From Octopus vulgaris (taxonomy: Eukaryota), in assembly GCA_951406725.2 (NCBI GenBank), contig OX597817.1, positions 165,230,001-165,294,000 of the forward strand: a DNA stretch of 64,000 bases, in the 5' to 3' direction. Of this stretch, positions 12,867-27,237 are shown one piece after another. Under the pieces are notes generated by a model, which was not told the origin of the DNA, did not search any database, and was given only the letters and a program-made list of their open reading frames with translations. The translations under genes were made by a program, and so were the position numbers. The stretch's first letter is position 1. Each line of letters starts with the position of its first letter.

Positions 12867-13439
12867 ATAATAATAATAATAACAACAATAATAATACTGA
12901 TGATGATGATGATGATGATGATGATAAGGATAACTACGATGATGATGATATAAGAAATTGGGATGATCTTGTATCAATCGAGAATGAATTAAAAAAACGT
13001 TGCACACCATCAACTCAAGTTCTAAAATTCACCGTGTGTATGTGTGTGTGTATGTGTGCATGAGCGCGCGCGTTTGTACCCCCCCTCTCCACTTAAACAA
13101 ACGAATAACTGGTAATGGTTTGTTTCAGTCCCTGTACCGAGCAGTTCGGCAAAATGAAATTGACAGAATAAGTACCAAGCTTTAAAAAAAAAAATAATGA
13201 AAAACATAAAAACTGGAGTCAATTTGTTCGAATGAACCATTCCAGGTGTTGCTCCAGCATGGCCGTGGTCTAATGACTGAAACAAGTAAAAGGTTAAATG
13301 GATGAGCACAATTTTGCCTATTATTCTTCACTTATAATGCATCTGGTCGGGCCTAAATTACGGCCGGAAAACGCAGCCATAATACTGTGCGGTGGGATCG
13401 AGAAAAAGAACCGCGTAGATGCGAGGCAAACTTCCTAAC

Positions 13440-13672
13440 CTATTTCTTTACTACCCACAAGGGGCTAAACACAGAGGGGACAAACAAGGACAGAAAAACG
13501 AATTAAGTCGATTATATCGACCCCAGTGCGTAACTGGTACTTATTTAATCGACCCCGAAAGGATGAAAGGCAAAGTCGACCTCGGGGGAATTTGAACTCA
13601 GAACGTAGCGGCATACGAAATACCGCTAAGCATTTCGCCCGGCGTGCTAACGATTCTGCCAGTTCGCCGCCT
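13440..13672 (-). mobile_element. SINE family B monomer
   Basis: Reverse complement of head plus one unit of the 6321-7670 array. Confidence 0.85.
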
Positions 13673-14051
13673 AACCACAGACCCATGATCCATGCTTCTG
13701 CCGATATAAACCAGATTTCTTGATTTCTAGATAAACGTATTGCAATAAAATGTAATCTACCGACAAGTCGAGGTTGCGACCCTGTTGCGAATGATGTTTG
13801 CAAGCAATTTTCTTTTTATTCAGTTTTCCACAATAACTTCGTTAAAAAACGCATGAAGGTCACATAATCTCTATTACCTTTACCAGGAAATTCAAAACAC
13901 TTTGCCTAATTAAGAAATTTGTCTCGGCTTTTGTATGTTATTGTACAGTTCTTTGGGGGAATGTTCTCATAGAGGCGTGCGCCATCGCGGATACATTCAT
14001 TCAGAATTATATAGATACACCCGTACAAGACATGCATAGATAAATACATAG

Positions 14052-14139
<88 letters not shown>

Positions 14140-14292
14140 TTGGGTATGTGTTTATACGATACGGTGGGTGTGCATATACATCAGCTGTCTGCAATGTATG
14201 TTAATATGTCGTATTCTATATGGACTCACGTGTGTAATGTTAACCTTAATAAAAACACATGGGGCAAGACTCACACTTATATACACCCGATG

Positions 14293-14326
<34 letters not shown>

Positions 14327-14609
14327 TCCACAACATATACTCACACACGAACACAAACACGCACACAAACACGCACACAAACACGCACACACACACGCAC
14401 ACACACACGCCCGCGTGCACACTCACATGAGTATTCGTGTATGTATATATGTGCCGGTGTATGCATATATATACGTAGGTGTGTTTGCATATATATATAT
14501 ACATATGTATATAAACATACACACAAATTTATATGTATATATGTTTATGTGTGTGTGTGTGTGTATTTGTGTGCGCGTCTAAGTATGGCTGTGTAAGTAT
14601 GCACTCACA

Positions 14610-14690
<81 letters not shown>

Positions 14691-15363
14691 ACAGTCTGAC
14701 CCTTTCCGACTTTGTTAAGTGCTCTTTTTTATAGTTTTTTTTGTTATATTTTTCTCTGTTTTTATCTGAGTTTTCTCTTCTTTTTTTTCTTTTAGTTTCA
14801 CAAGCAAGAACTGCCCAAATACTGAGATCAGATATCAATGTAAAATAAATAAAATACATGAAAACAGATAAATAAATAAATAAATAACGGGATTCTTTTC
14901 CCCCTTCTCTTCTCCCCACCCCTCTCTCTCTCTCTCCCTTTCCCTCTGAACCCTTTACATTTAGCTTAGCTCCCATCCGATTCACAGTCAGGCACGGAAC
15001 AACTATGATTTAACACAAGCGTATGCTTTTACCCAGATATTCCGGCTAACCCTCGTTTCTTTTATATCTGTCTGCCCTACACACCAACAAATATTTATGG
15101 GGCCTTATCTCTTCCTTTGTTTTATTCATTCCTTATAGTATGTTTTTGTATTTATTTATTGTTATATAAATGTGTGTTTGTTTGTGTATGTCTGGATATG
15201 TATATATGTATGTGTATATGCTTGTATGCGTGTGTTTGTTGGTGCAGGTATGGATTTGTATATATGTATGTTTGTATGTATGCGTGTGTGTGTATATATA
15301 TATGTATATGTATGTGTGTATGAGTGTGTTTTTATATATATATATATATATATATGCGTGTAC

Positions 15364-15434
<71 letters not shown>

Positions 15435-15689
15435 GGTGTATGAAATGTATGTGTATGTGTATGAAATGTATGTATATGTGTGTATGAGAGTGTATAAATA
15501 TGTATATATATATATATGTGTGTGTGTGTGTACATATATGTGTATGTGTGTTAGTCTATGTGTGTGTGTGTATGTGTGTGTTATCTTGAACCTTGTTTCT
15601 CAGTTCGTTCACAAATCTCTTGATTGTTGCTCATGTCTGTAGTCCAATGGTGATATACCAGATACAAAATTAAAGCCAACGAAGTAACC

Positions 15690-16200
15690 TCTACATAGTC
15701 GTTTGTCATGCTAAAAATAGAAGCTGAACCTCAACAATCTAATGTCTCGAAAAACTAAGGAATCATTGAACAATTTAGTCCTAGATAAAGCAAATATACG
15801 CTCAAGTTTGAATAATGGTTAAGGGTTTAAACAAGTACAGCCAACCATATGCATATACACACATCTCAGTAATTTACGAGCCAAGTAGGGAAAGCCTTTG
15901 TGTGGTCGCTTCACAAGCTAGATATATCAACCAAATCTCCGCCAATACACACTCCCTATCGTCTTAAATATAAAAGGACATACACATTGAATACTGTAGT
16001 CCTAGATAAGCATATCTGAAAAGCGGTTGGAATGCTTTACATCATAGATTTGCTCGATTAAAGCTGACCCTGAGCTGAACGACCACTATTCAATTATTTA
16101 CTCTTCTGAAAACTCTAAAGAGAAATAATGAGCTCATGATAAAACGCATATTATGGTCGCTCGACATACGAAAAGTAGCTGTCTAGTCTCCCTCAATTTT
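15690..16200 (+). repeat. Old dispersed repeat (GCTAGAAATAGCAGCCAAATCTCC family), degenerate copies
   Basis: Same motif blocks recur near 7690-7870(-), 28500-28800, 53390-53610(-), 54170(-), 60960-61350 and 63080. Confidence 0.5.
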
Positions 16201-16349
16201 TAGTTTTGTCTTCAATAATTTCTACTAATTTAGATTGGACGCCAGCAATTTTAATGTTGGGGTGTCATACTAAATATAGCACTGAAATCATCCCCAAATT
16301 TCAGTTTTTCCTTCCGTAATTCCTGCTAATTTAGGCAATTTTGCTTAGA

Positions 16350-17995
16350 AAAATGTGCCAAAGCAACCTTGAAAAGAGGAAGAGTAGTTAAGAGTAGCAA
16401 CATCACACTAGATAAAGCTAATAAAATAAGAGAATTAGACCAAAGCCTGACATACAAATACCTAGGAGTCAATGTACTAGATACGATACAACACACACAA
16501 ATGAAAGAGAAGATAAGAAAAGAATACTAAAGACGAGTTAGATTAAAACTGAAAACAGAGCTCAATGCGAAAAACAAGATAATAGGTATCAATACTCTAA
16601 ATGGACTAATCAAAATAGACAGGAAAACAAGAAAAATATTGATAGGATTTAAGACGCACCACTGAATATCTGACATAGAAAGGTTATTTATACAACGTAT
16701 CGAAGGTGGCAGAGACCTTATACAGCTAGAAAACTATTACAAAATAACCATCATACGACTACAGAAATACCAATTTCAGAAGCAAGGAAAACTAATACAA
16801 ATAGCAAAAAAAAAAAAAAAACACGAACAAAACAAAAAACTGCCTTCAGTCTTTAAGGAAGCTGACAAATACAAAAAAGAACAACTATGAAGAAAAAGAA
16901 GAAACGACGAAAGCTGTAAAACAACTGAAAGCCAAATTAAAACTGGAACAGCAACAGATCAATATAAAACGATGGCAAGAAAAGCCTTTTCATAGCAAAT
17001 ACTGGGTTAAGCTAAACAGAAAAAAAAATAGACAAAGCAAAATCCCAACAATGGCTGAAAAGCTCAGGACTCAAAGCAGAAACTGAAAGATTTTTAATTG
17101 CAGCACAAAATCAAAGCCTTTCCACCAGAAATTACCAAAAACATGTAATTAAAAGAAAGACAAGGAGTGGCTGTGTGGTAAGTAGCTTGCTAACCAACCA
17201 CATTGTTCCGGGTTCAGTCCCACTGCGTGGCATCTTGGGCAAGTGTCTTCTGCTATAGCCCCGGGCCGACCAATGCCTTGTGAGTGGATTTGGTAGACGG
17301 AAACTGAAAGAAGCCTGTCGTATATATGTATATATATGTATGTGTGTGTTTGTGTGTCTGTGTTTGTCCCCTTAGCGGTTCGGCAAAAAAAGAGACCGAT
17401 AGAATAAGTACTGGGCTTACAAAGAATAAGTCCCGGGGTCGAGTTGCTCGATTAAAGGCGGTGCTCCAGCATGGCCGCAGTCAAATGACTGAAACAAGTA
17501 AAAGAGAAAGAGAAAGTAACTGCAGATTATGTGGTGATGAAGAAGAAACAATAAATCATATTGTCTCTGGCTGCCCAGTCCTGGCTAAGAAGGAATATAT
17601 TCGCTGACACGACAGAGCTGGGGCCTACATACACTGGAAGCTATGCCAACACTATGGAATAACAACAGAAAAAGCATGGTAAAGGCACACGCCAGAAAAG
17701 GTCCCAGAAAATGAGAAAGCAACCATAATCTGAGAGATGCCAGTACATACAGATAGAGAAATTAAGGCCAATAGGCAGGATATAGTTGTCAGAGAACACC
17801 AAGAAAAAAATGCTTTCTAACCGATGTATCAATTCAACAATGTTTTTGTAAAAGAAACGGAGAAACTTTCAAAATACAAAGATCTGGAAATAGAGGTGAC
17901 TCGATTGTGGAGTCTAAAAACAGAAACAATTCTTTCCTATCATAGAAGGCGAATTAGGTATGAAAAAAATATATTCAGACAAATACATAACAAAA
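16350..17995 (+). mobile_element. Degraded R4/Dong-like LINE (end of RT to RLE), interrupted by a SINE
   Basis: YKYLGV, ELNAKNKIIGINT, EGGRDL, LKAETERFLIAAQNQSL, CRLCGDEEETINHIVSGCPVLAKKEY, KYKDLEIEVTRLW, with stops and frameshifts. Confidence 0.85.
17161..17510 (+). mobile_element. SINE family A copy nested in the R4/Dong-like LINE
   Basis: High identity to 21005-21435 with an internal deletion; LINE reading frame resumes immediately after. Confidence 0.85.
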
Positions 17996-18159
17996 ACATT
18001 TGTGTCTTTCGTTGTTCGAAAGAATAGTTCATGTACCTGTACATCGTATTTTTTTGTACACGTTTCGTGACGTCCTGTGCCCACATATGCATATATATAT
18101 ATATATATATATATATTTATTTATACATATGAATATATCTATATCTATATATATACATC

Positions 18160-18221
<62 letters not shown>

Positions 18222-18317
18222 ATTGATTAAAAAATCCTGGCAGATATCAAGTAAGCACTCTCGGTATAAAGGAATAATGTTAAACTCCCAACAAATAGAT
18301 ACGAGTAAATGTATGTA

Positions 18318-18376
<59 letters not shown>

Positions 18377-18644
18377 TATATACATATATGGAGAGAAGTA
18401 AATGAATAGATAGATAGATATCCATACAGACACCCACAGGTAGAAAGATTATTGCCAAGAATATGGGTTCAAGAGAATCTAAAGAATGTTATATGCATTT
18501 ATGTCTTTCATATCTGAAAAAAACCTGATTTTGGAAATATATTTTACACGCTAAAATTTATTGTAATTATAATTAATTATTATTTCTCTGGACAGAGCAA
18601 GCTTCCGTTGATTCAGCTGAGTACCATATTATAAAATAATAATC

Positions 18645-19620
18645 TTTTCTTTTGGAGGCACAAGGCCTCAAAAATGTAGTGGCGAAAAGAGTAGTCGATT
18701 AGATCGACCACAGTGTTTCACTGGTGCTTAAGTTATCGACCCCGAAAGGATGAAAGGCAAAGTTGACCTCGGCGGAATTTGAACTCAGAACGTAACGGTA
18801 GGCGAATACCGCAAAGCATTTCGCCCGGCGTGCTAACGATTCTGCCAAGCTCGCCGCCTTACCGTTAAGTACTAATGATTCTGCCAAAATAATAATAATA
18901 ACATCCTTTCTACAATAGGCACAAGGCCTGAAGTTTTGTAGTCAAATAAATCGAACCAGTGCTTCACAGATACTTATTTTATGTACGAAATGATGAAAGG
19001 CAAAATCAGCCCGGCAGAATTTGAACTCAGCATGTAAATGAGTTAAGCATTTTGTCCGACGTGCTAACGATTCTGTCAACTCGCCACCTTAATAAGAGTA
19101 ATATTCCTTTCTATTATAACCACAAGGCCTGAAATGTTGTGTGAGGAGACAAGTCGATTATATCGACTTAGTTTCTTGGCCGATACTTTATTATGTCGAA
19201 CCCGTGACGTTTGTTCAAAATGTAAAGTGACGGAACAAATAATTGATAAGCATTTTGTTTTGACGCTCAATCGATTTTGCCTGCTATTTACATTGGTAAA
19301 AATTTTGACATGATAGGATCAAACGATTAAACGGCCTACCCTGAAAGATTTTAGCGGGATTTGAACTCTGAATTTAACTTGTTGTCACTAAATACTAGAA
19401 GGCATTTTACCAGAGTCTTTAACGATTCTGTCTGCCCAATCTTCTAAATATTATTCCAGTTGAGGCATTTCCAGGGAAAAAGATCGATCGATTATACTGA
19501 CCCTAGTATCTGGATGGTACTTTATTTTATCGATCCCGGAGAGGCTTTCGGCAAAGTTGATCTTGGTAAGATTTTAACGCAGTATCTGAACTCAGATTTT
19601 GCCAATCCATTGCCCTTAGG
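18645..19620 (-). repeat. Cluster of progressively degenerate SINE family B copies
   Basis: Repeated ATTTGAACTCAG, AACGATTCTG and CACAAGGCCTGAA blocks. Confidence 0.65.
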
Positions 19621-19719
19621 ATCCGATAAGCTTAAAATTAATCCAGTCGATTAAAAATGTAATTGCTTTGTTTCAATTGATATAATTGCATTTATGAAAA
19701 CAAATCTTGTCACCGACGG

Positions 19720-19995
19720 TGAAGGCGATGGGTCTAGTGCCTAGAGCCTAGGGGATTGCATTGACAGTTCTATGATCAGGGTTTAGATCCCCGACCCGCT
19801 CGAGTGCGTTGAGTTCTTGGACGCAATACGTCATTCGACGTAGCTCCAGCCTATTCAGTTGAGTTCCAGTAATTGTTGGAAAGTTAACCCTGCAACGGTC
19901 TGGCTTCCTGTCCAGGGCAAAGTGTCGTAATATCACTTACTTAAGTGTCGTGGAAACCGGTTAATTTCCGGGCTTATGAGTTTGGGGTCTAATGA
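19720..19995 (+). mobile_element. Old tRNA-derived SINE with degenerate CORE-like domain
   Basis: Degenerate tRNA-like head and a central block resembling family C. Confidence 0.35.
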
Positions 19996-20274
19996 GAAAT
20001 TTGTTGCGCATAATATCTGTTATCTTAAAACTACTTTAAAAAAAAAAACTTTATTTATTAATACTTAGTAAATTTTAGGGTAGCGAAAATCACAAACAGG
20101 AATAAAGTTTGAAATATAATTCTAGAAATATTTCTTGATATCCCTTTACTTTCTGCGTTCAATCTCAGTGGGCGTCATTTCAAGTGTACCTTCGGGGACT
20201 AAGAATATAGATTATTAATCTTAAATCGAACCCTTTTTTTTATTGATTCTTCTGGTTTCTTAGAATTTCTGGAT

Positions 20275-20452
20275 TTACTCTCTTTTACTCTCTTTTACTT
20301 GTTTCAGTCATTTGACTGCGGCCATGCTGGAGCACCACCTTTTTAGTACTTATTCTATCGGTCTCTTTTTGCCGAACCGCTAAGTGACGGGGACGTAAAC
20401 ACACCAGCATCGGTTGTCAAGCAATGCTAGGGGGACAAACACAGACACACAA

Positions 20453-20487
<35 letters not shown>

Positions 20488-20644
20488 CATATATACGACA
20501 GGCTTCTTTCAGTTTCCGTCTACCAAATCCACTCACAAGGCATTGGTCGGCCCGGGGCTATAGCAGAAGACACTTGCCCAAGATGCCACGCAGTGGGACT
20601 GAACCCGCAACCGTGTGGTTGGTTAGCAAGCTACTTACCACACA
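20275..20644 (-). mobile_element. SINE family A copy
   Basis: Near-identical to 21005-21435 with an internal deletion; (GAGTAAAA)-type tail. Confidence 0.85.
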
Positions 20645-21004
20645 AGTAAAAGTCAGAAATAAATGAAATAAATAATACTAATTTATTATTGTTTGTGTGT
20701 GTGTGTGTGTGTCTGTGAGAGTGAGAGAGAGATAGATAGAGAGAGAGAGAGAGAAAGTTAGAGAGAGAGAGAGAGACAGAGAGACAGAGAGAAGGAAAGA
20801 GAAAGTGTGTTTATGTACGTTAATGTAGTGGCGGGAAAGGGAATCTCTGCAAATACCTTTGGAGGAATTCAATGTTGCTTGATTTACACACGGGTACTTT
20901 GCTATAAACACACACACACACACAGACACACACACACACACAGACACACACACACACACACACACACACTCACTCTCTCTCTCTCTCTCTCTCTCTCTTT
21001 ATAT

Positions 21005-21432
21005 ATACTCTTTTTACTCTTTTACTCTTTTTACTTGTTTCAGTCATTTGACTGCGGCCATGCTGGAGCACCACCTTTTAGTCGAGCAAATCGACCCCCG
21101 GGACTTATTCTTTTTGTAAGCCCAGTACTTATTCTATCCGTACCTTTTGCCGAACCGCTAAGTGACGGGGATGTAAACACACCGGCATCGGTTGTCAAGC
21201 AATGCTAGGGGGACAAACACAGACACACAAACACACACACACACACACACTTATATATATATACATATATACAACAGGCTTCTTTCAGTTTCCGTCTACC
21301 AAATCCACTCACAAGGCATTGGTCAGCCCGGGGCTATAGCAGAAGACACTTGCCCAAGATGCCACGCAGTGGGACTGAACCCGGAACCATGTGGTTGGTT
21401 AGCAAGCTACTTACCACACAGCCACTCCTGCG

Positions 21433-21435
<3 letters not shown>
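21005..21435 (-). mobile_element. Full-length SINE family A copy
   Basis: tRNA-like head (TGGCTGTGTGG, GGTTCAGTCCC), CTTGGGCAAGTGTCTT block, internal TA/TG microsatellite, AAGAGTAA-repeat tail. Confidence 0.9.
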
Positions 21436-21508
<73 letters not shown>

Positions 21509-21593
21509 TATATATCTTTATACATATATGATGAATGTATATACTTACATAATTTTGACATTCATCTGTCTCATATACATATACAAACATACA

Positions 21594-21653
<60 letters not shown>

Positions 21654-21841
21654 CATATACACACAAATGCAGCGCACGAACACAGATGTGTGTGTGTGCC
21701 TGTGCGCGCGTGCGTGTGTATGTGAATGTACGGAGTTATTTATGTCTGTGTTAGTCGATCGTGAAAACAATGAACAATACGTATATATACACACATATGT
21801 ATGCACGTATATATATATATATATATCCATATATACACATC

Positions 21842-21899
<58 letters not shown>

Positions 21900-22166
21900 C
21901 ACATACGTGTGTGGTTCTGTGTAGGTATGTATATGGAGAGAAAGATAGACGAGGAGAGCAGGAGAGCGGGGAGGGATAGCAATGTATGATTTCATGTTTA
22001 TATAGCAATATACACCTCTATACAACGATTTATTTAGCTTTATACCGATAACAACTTGGCAATATAATAATGCTTTGCAGCTAATGAAATTTAAGGAATT
22101 TGTTTAGCAAGACACAACATAGTGAAACACAAATATACATTAATCGTCACACATTCACACACACAC

Positions 22167-22211
<45 letters not shown>

Positions 22212-22400
22212 CAAACACACACACACACACACGCGCGCGCACACACGTTCATTTTCACACACACCTACACTGATGTGTATGTATGTATCTATACATATAT
22301 ATACATATATACAAAAATATACATACATATACGTGTATATGTATATATGTATATATATATATATAAATATATACATACACATATATATATATAAATATGT

Positions 22401-22462
<62 letters not shown>

Positions 22463-22487
22463 GTATATATATATATATGTATATATG

Positions 22488-22530
<43 letters not shown>

Positions 22531-22539
22531 GTATATATG

Positions 22540-22644
<105 letters not shown>

Positions 22645-23204
22645 GTGCGTATATTCGTAGAAATGTTTCTTGTTATTCGACCTGTATAGCATCGATAGTA
22701 AGAAAGAAAGAACAATTTAAAAACAAAAGATATAATTATACACCCGATATATAATAAACCTTATGATAAATTCGCATTCATACATTCATACGTACACACA
22801 CACACACACACACACCCATACACAAACACACAAGCACAGATACATAGATACATGCATACATATTTATTATTCTTAAGTAAGAATTTTATTGACTGTGACT
22901 TCGAAGTTACCGTCAGCTATAATTATCACCGGACGGTTTAGCTGATCAATAGCTTGAAGTCATTGTCAACAATATTCTTATTTAAGTATAATGAATTCGT
23001 GCTCAGCAAAAGTATAGAGTAACCCAACAAATTATTGTACAATTGTTTGTATAACTGAACATAAAAAACAAACAATGATATACACACACATGCACACATA
23101 TATTATTATGTATATATATATATATATTGATTGATTCTAGTTTCAGCCTATGAGCTGTGGCCATGCTGGGGTACCGCCATTTGGTGTTGCTACTTGGTTT
23201 CACT

Positions 23205-23665
<461 letters not shown>

Positions 23666-23683
23666 ATATATACACCTATATAT

Positions 23684-23892
23684 ATCTGTAAAATAATATG
23701 TGACGATTAATCAATAGCCAAGATAAAACTCTGAGATGGTGTTGTGGATTTCCACCTCGGCATCCGAAACTCAGAGTTTTATCTTGGCTATTGAATAATT
23801 GTCACATATCATTTTACAGATAAATTTCCTCTATTTACATAATATTAAGGTCTCTTTCTTTCTTTTGTTATCTTGCCGTTTTTACCAATATA

Positions 23893-23895
<3 letters not shown>
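23684..23895. mobile_element. (TA)n-embedded fold-back element with 3' half of a hammerhead
   Basis: ~52-bp arms at 23684-23735 and 23770-23821; contains GG(CAT)CC-GAAACTCAGAGTT, the same stem III as the 1478 ribozyme. Confidence 0.6.
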
Positions 23896-23940
<45 letters not shown>

Positions 23941-24402
23941 TAGACAGGAATTCCCAAAACATGTTTAATGTCAAGAAAATTGCCACTTTCATACTATTTT
24001 ATGGTTGGACTTCTTCATGATTGAAAAAAAGGGCTAACTCCACTTAGGTGATCATTATATCTTCGAGGGAAGTGTGTAGTATTAAGCACGTTAAAGCTGA
24101 ATGCTATGTTTAGAGATTGTATTTGATTGGCAGGTCTTGAATATTTGTGGATATACTGTATATATATATATATATATACAAAATATTATAAGTCGCAAAC
24201 TGATAAATGAATAGAAAAATAAACAAAATAAAAAAATAAAGAAAAAAAAAATTCAGTATCAGAAGAAGCTAAATTCTATGGATGATTCTTATTGGTGTAG
24301 TGAAAGATACATATGTTGTTATGATTCAGGATGGATGGAAATTTGAGCAAAAACCGTTGTAATGCTTTTATTCCAAAGGCTTTAGAAAAAAAAGGCGTTG
24401 TA

Positions 24403-24435
<33 letters not shown>

Positions 24436-24512
24436 TGTATGTATGTATGTATGTATGTATGTATGTATGTATGTATATATTTTTCAATATATATAAATAT
24501 AAGTATATGTAT

Positions 24513-24551
<39 letters not shown>

Positions 24552-24710
24552 ATATAAAAGGGCTTAGTAAAATAAATTACTTTGCCACATACTGAACTCA
24601 TTAGAAATAGTAGCTAAAAAAACGAATTCGCCTTAAATGGTCCCTTTACATACTGAACACTTGGTGAAATTGATTAATAATTAATTAATTAATTTTACCC
24701 TCAATTGTTG

Positions 24711-24774
<64 letters not shown>

Positions 24775-25058
24775 AAAATATATATAAGTGTATATATATA
24801 TAAATATATATTTCTGAATGTATATATATTAATATGCATATATTTATGTGTACATATATTTATGGTGGATGTATTTCATTATTGCAAGTATATTTGCAAG
24901 CTTGAAGTGGCATTTTTGTATATTAAATTACCTATGTATGTATGTATGTATGTATATATACATATATATTGCTGAATGTATGTATGCATGTATGTATGTA
25001 TGTATGTATGTATGTATGTATGTATGTATGTATGTATGTATGTATGTATGTATATATA

Positions 25059-25091
<33 letters not shown>

Positions 25092-25583
25092 ATTTATATA
25101 TACATAATTAAGGCGGATTATTTCATTAGTGCAAGTATATTAGCAAGCTTCCAGTGGTATTTTTGCATATTAAATTGCATACATATTAAATTGCATACAT
25201 GTTTGTGTGTTCATATATATATATATATACATGCAGGCATACATACATACATACATACATACACACATACGTACATACATACGTACATGCATACATGTAA
25301 AAGCCATTTAACACCTATGTTAACACAATCGTTATACTTCGGTGTACATACTATAAATTATTTGTACGATAAACTGTGACAATGACATAAGCGGTTTGTT
25401 TATTGGAATTTGTAAATCCATTAAATGCAGAATGACAAATTAACCTTGAATATACAGTTTCGTTCCAGATGTATGCTGATAACAAATGTTGAGAAATAAC
25501 GTCCGTATTAACTTATCTTTCAGACCGCACGTCTACTACACACTCACTGTAATAAGAGACAACGTGTACAATATGTAAACACC

Positions 25584-25584
<1 letters not shown>

Positions 25585-25627
<43 letters not shown>

Positions 25628-25632
25628 CATCA

Positions 25633-25696
<64 letters not shown>

Positions 25697-25737
25697 CATT
25701 ATTATTATCATTATTAGTATTGTTATTATTATTGTTA

Positions 25738-25774
<37 letters not shown>

Positions 25775-25785
25775 CCTTATTATTA
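25585..25785. repeat. (TTA)n microsatellite
   Basis: Direct inspection. Confidence 0.9.
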
Positions 25786-26360
25786 AGGCGGCGGGCGAGC
25801 TGGCAGAAACGTTAGCATGCCGGACGAAATGCTTAGCGGTATTTCGTCTGCCGCTACGTTCTGAGTTCAAATTCCACCAAGGTCGACTTTGCCTTTCATC
25901 CTTTCGGGGTCGATTAAATAAGAACCAGTTACGCACTGTTTGTCTGTCCTTGTTTTTCCCCTCTGTGTGTAGCCCCTTGTGGGTAGTAAAGAAATGGGTA
26001 TTTCGTCCGTCCTTGCATTCTGAATTCAAATTCCGCCGAGGTCGACATTGCCTTTCATAAATTAAGTACCAGTGAAATACTGGTGATCGATATAATCGAT
26101 TCATCCCCTCTCCGAAAAAGGCTACCCTTATGGCAAAATTTGAAACCATTATTATTATTGTTAGTGTTAAGGCAGTGAGCTGGCAGAATCGTTAGCACGC
26201 CGAACAAACTGCTTGGCGGCATTTCCTTCGTTTTTACGTTCTGATTTCAGAATCCGCCGAGGTTGGCTTTGCCTTTCATCCTTTCGGGGTCGATAAATTA
26301 AATACCAGTGAAACACTGGGGATCGAAATTTCACACCTTGTGCCTTTAGTAGAGAGGATT
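25785..26360 (+). mobile_element. SINE family B dimer plus adjacent copy
   Basis: Head, unit, GAAATGG|GTATTTCG junction near 25997, second unit; new head near 26169. Confidence 0.8.
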
Positions 26361-26911
26361 ATTATTATTACTATCGTTATTGGGGATGGTGTCTGTCCAG
26401 TTACATAAACAAGGGGGAAAAAAGAAATAGAAATGATATGCAATGATGTGAATGATAGTGCATAAACGCTTTTGCTACGTGTCTTTGGCTGGGACGTTTC
26501 GCTTGAAAGTTTGAGCCCGTATTTATTACAGTTCAGAAACTACCCGGTTATGATGTAAGTCATTTCATTATTTACTTATTTCATTTGCTTATTCCAAAAT
26601 TTGCTTTTAGTTGTTACGTGTGTATGTGTCTCGGGTATTATAATTTCGAGCGATTATATATATATATATATATATATATATACGTATATGTTCCGAGAAG
26701 TCAAGGCGTATAGTAAAAAACAAACGTCCGTTTGTTTATTACTATACGTTTTGACTTCTGAAAATATTATTCACGTGACACAATGTACTCCTTATTTTGA
26801 CCTATATACAATATATAATATATCATATATAATATTTATATTTATATATCAAAGAGAGAGAGAAAGAGGGAGAGGTGTACACATGTATTCATCCATGTGT
26901 GTATGCACATG

Positions 26912-26976
<65 letters not shown>

Positions 26977-27093
26977 ATGTATGCATATGTATGTATATAT
27001 ACATATATGTGTGGATATATAAGTATATATGGATGGATGTATATATATGTATTTATAGGTATACAAATACCTATACATACATACATACATACA

Positions 27094-27237
<144 letters not shown>

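Noticed and set aside
14720-14845. Strong plus-strand polypyrimidine tract with AG suggesting a micro-exon
   Set aside because: Weak donor, no partner exons on that strand, and T-rich tracts are common in this window.
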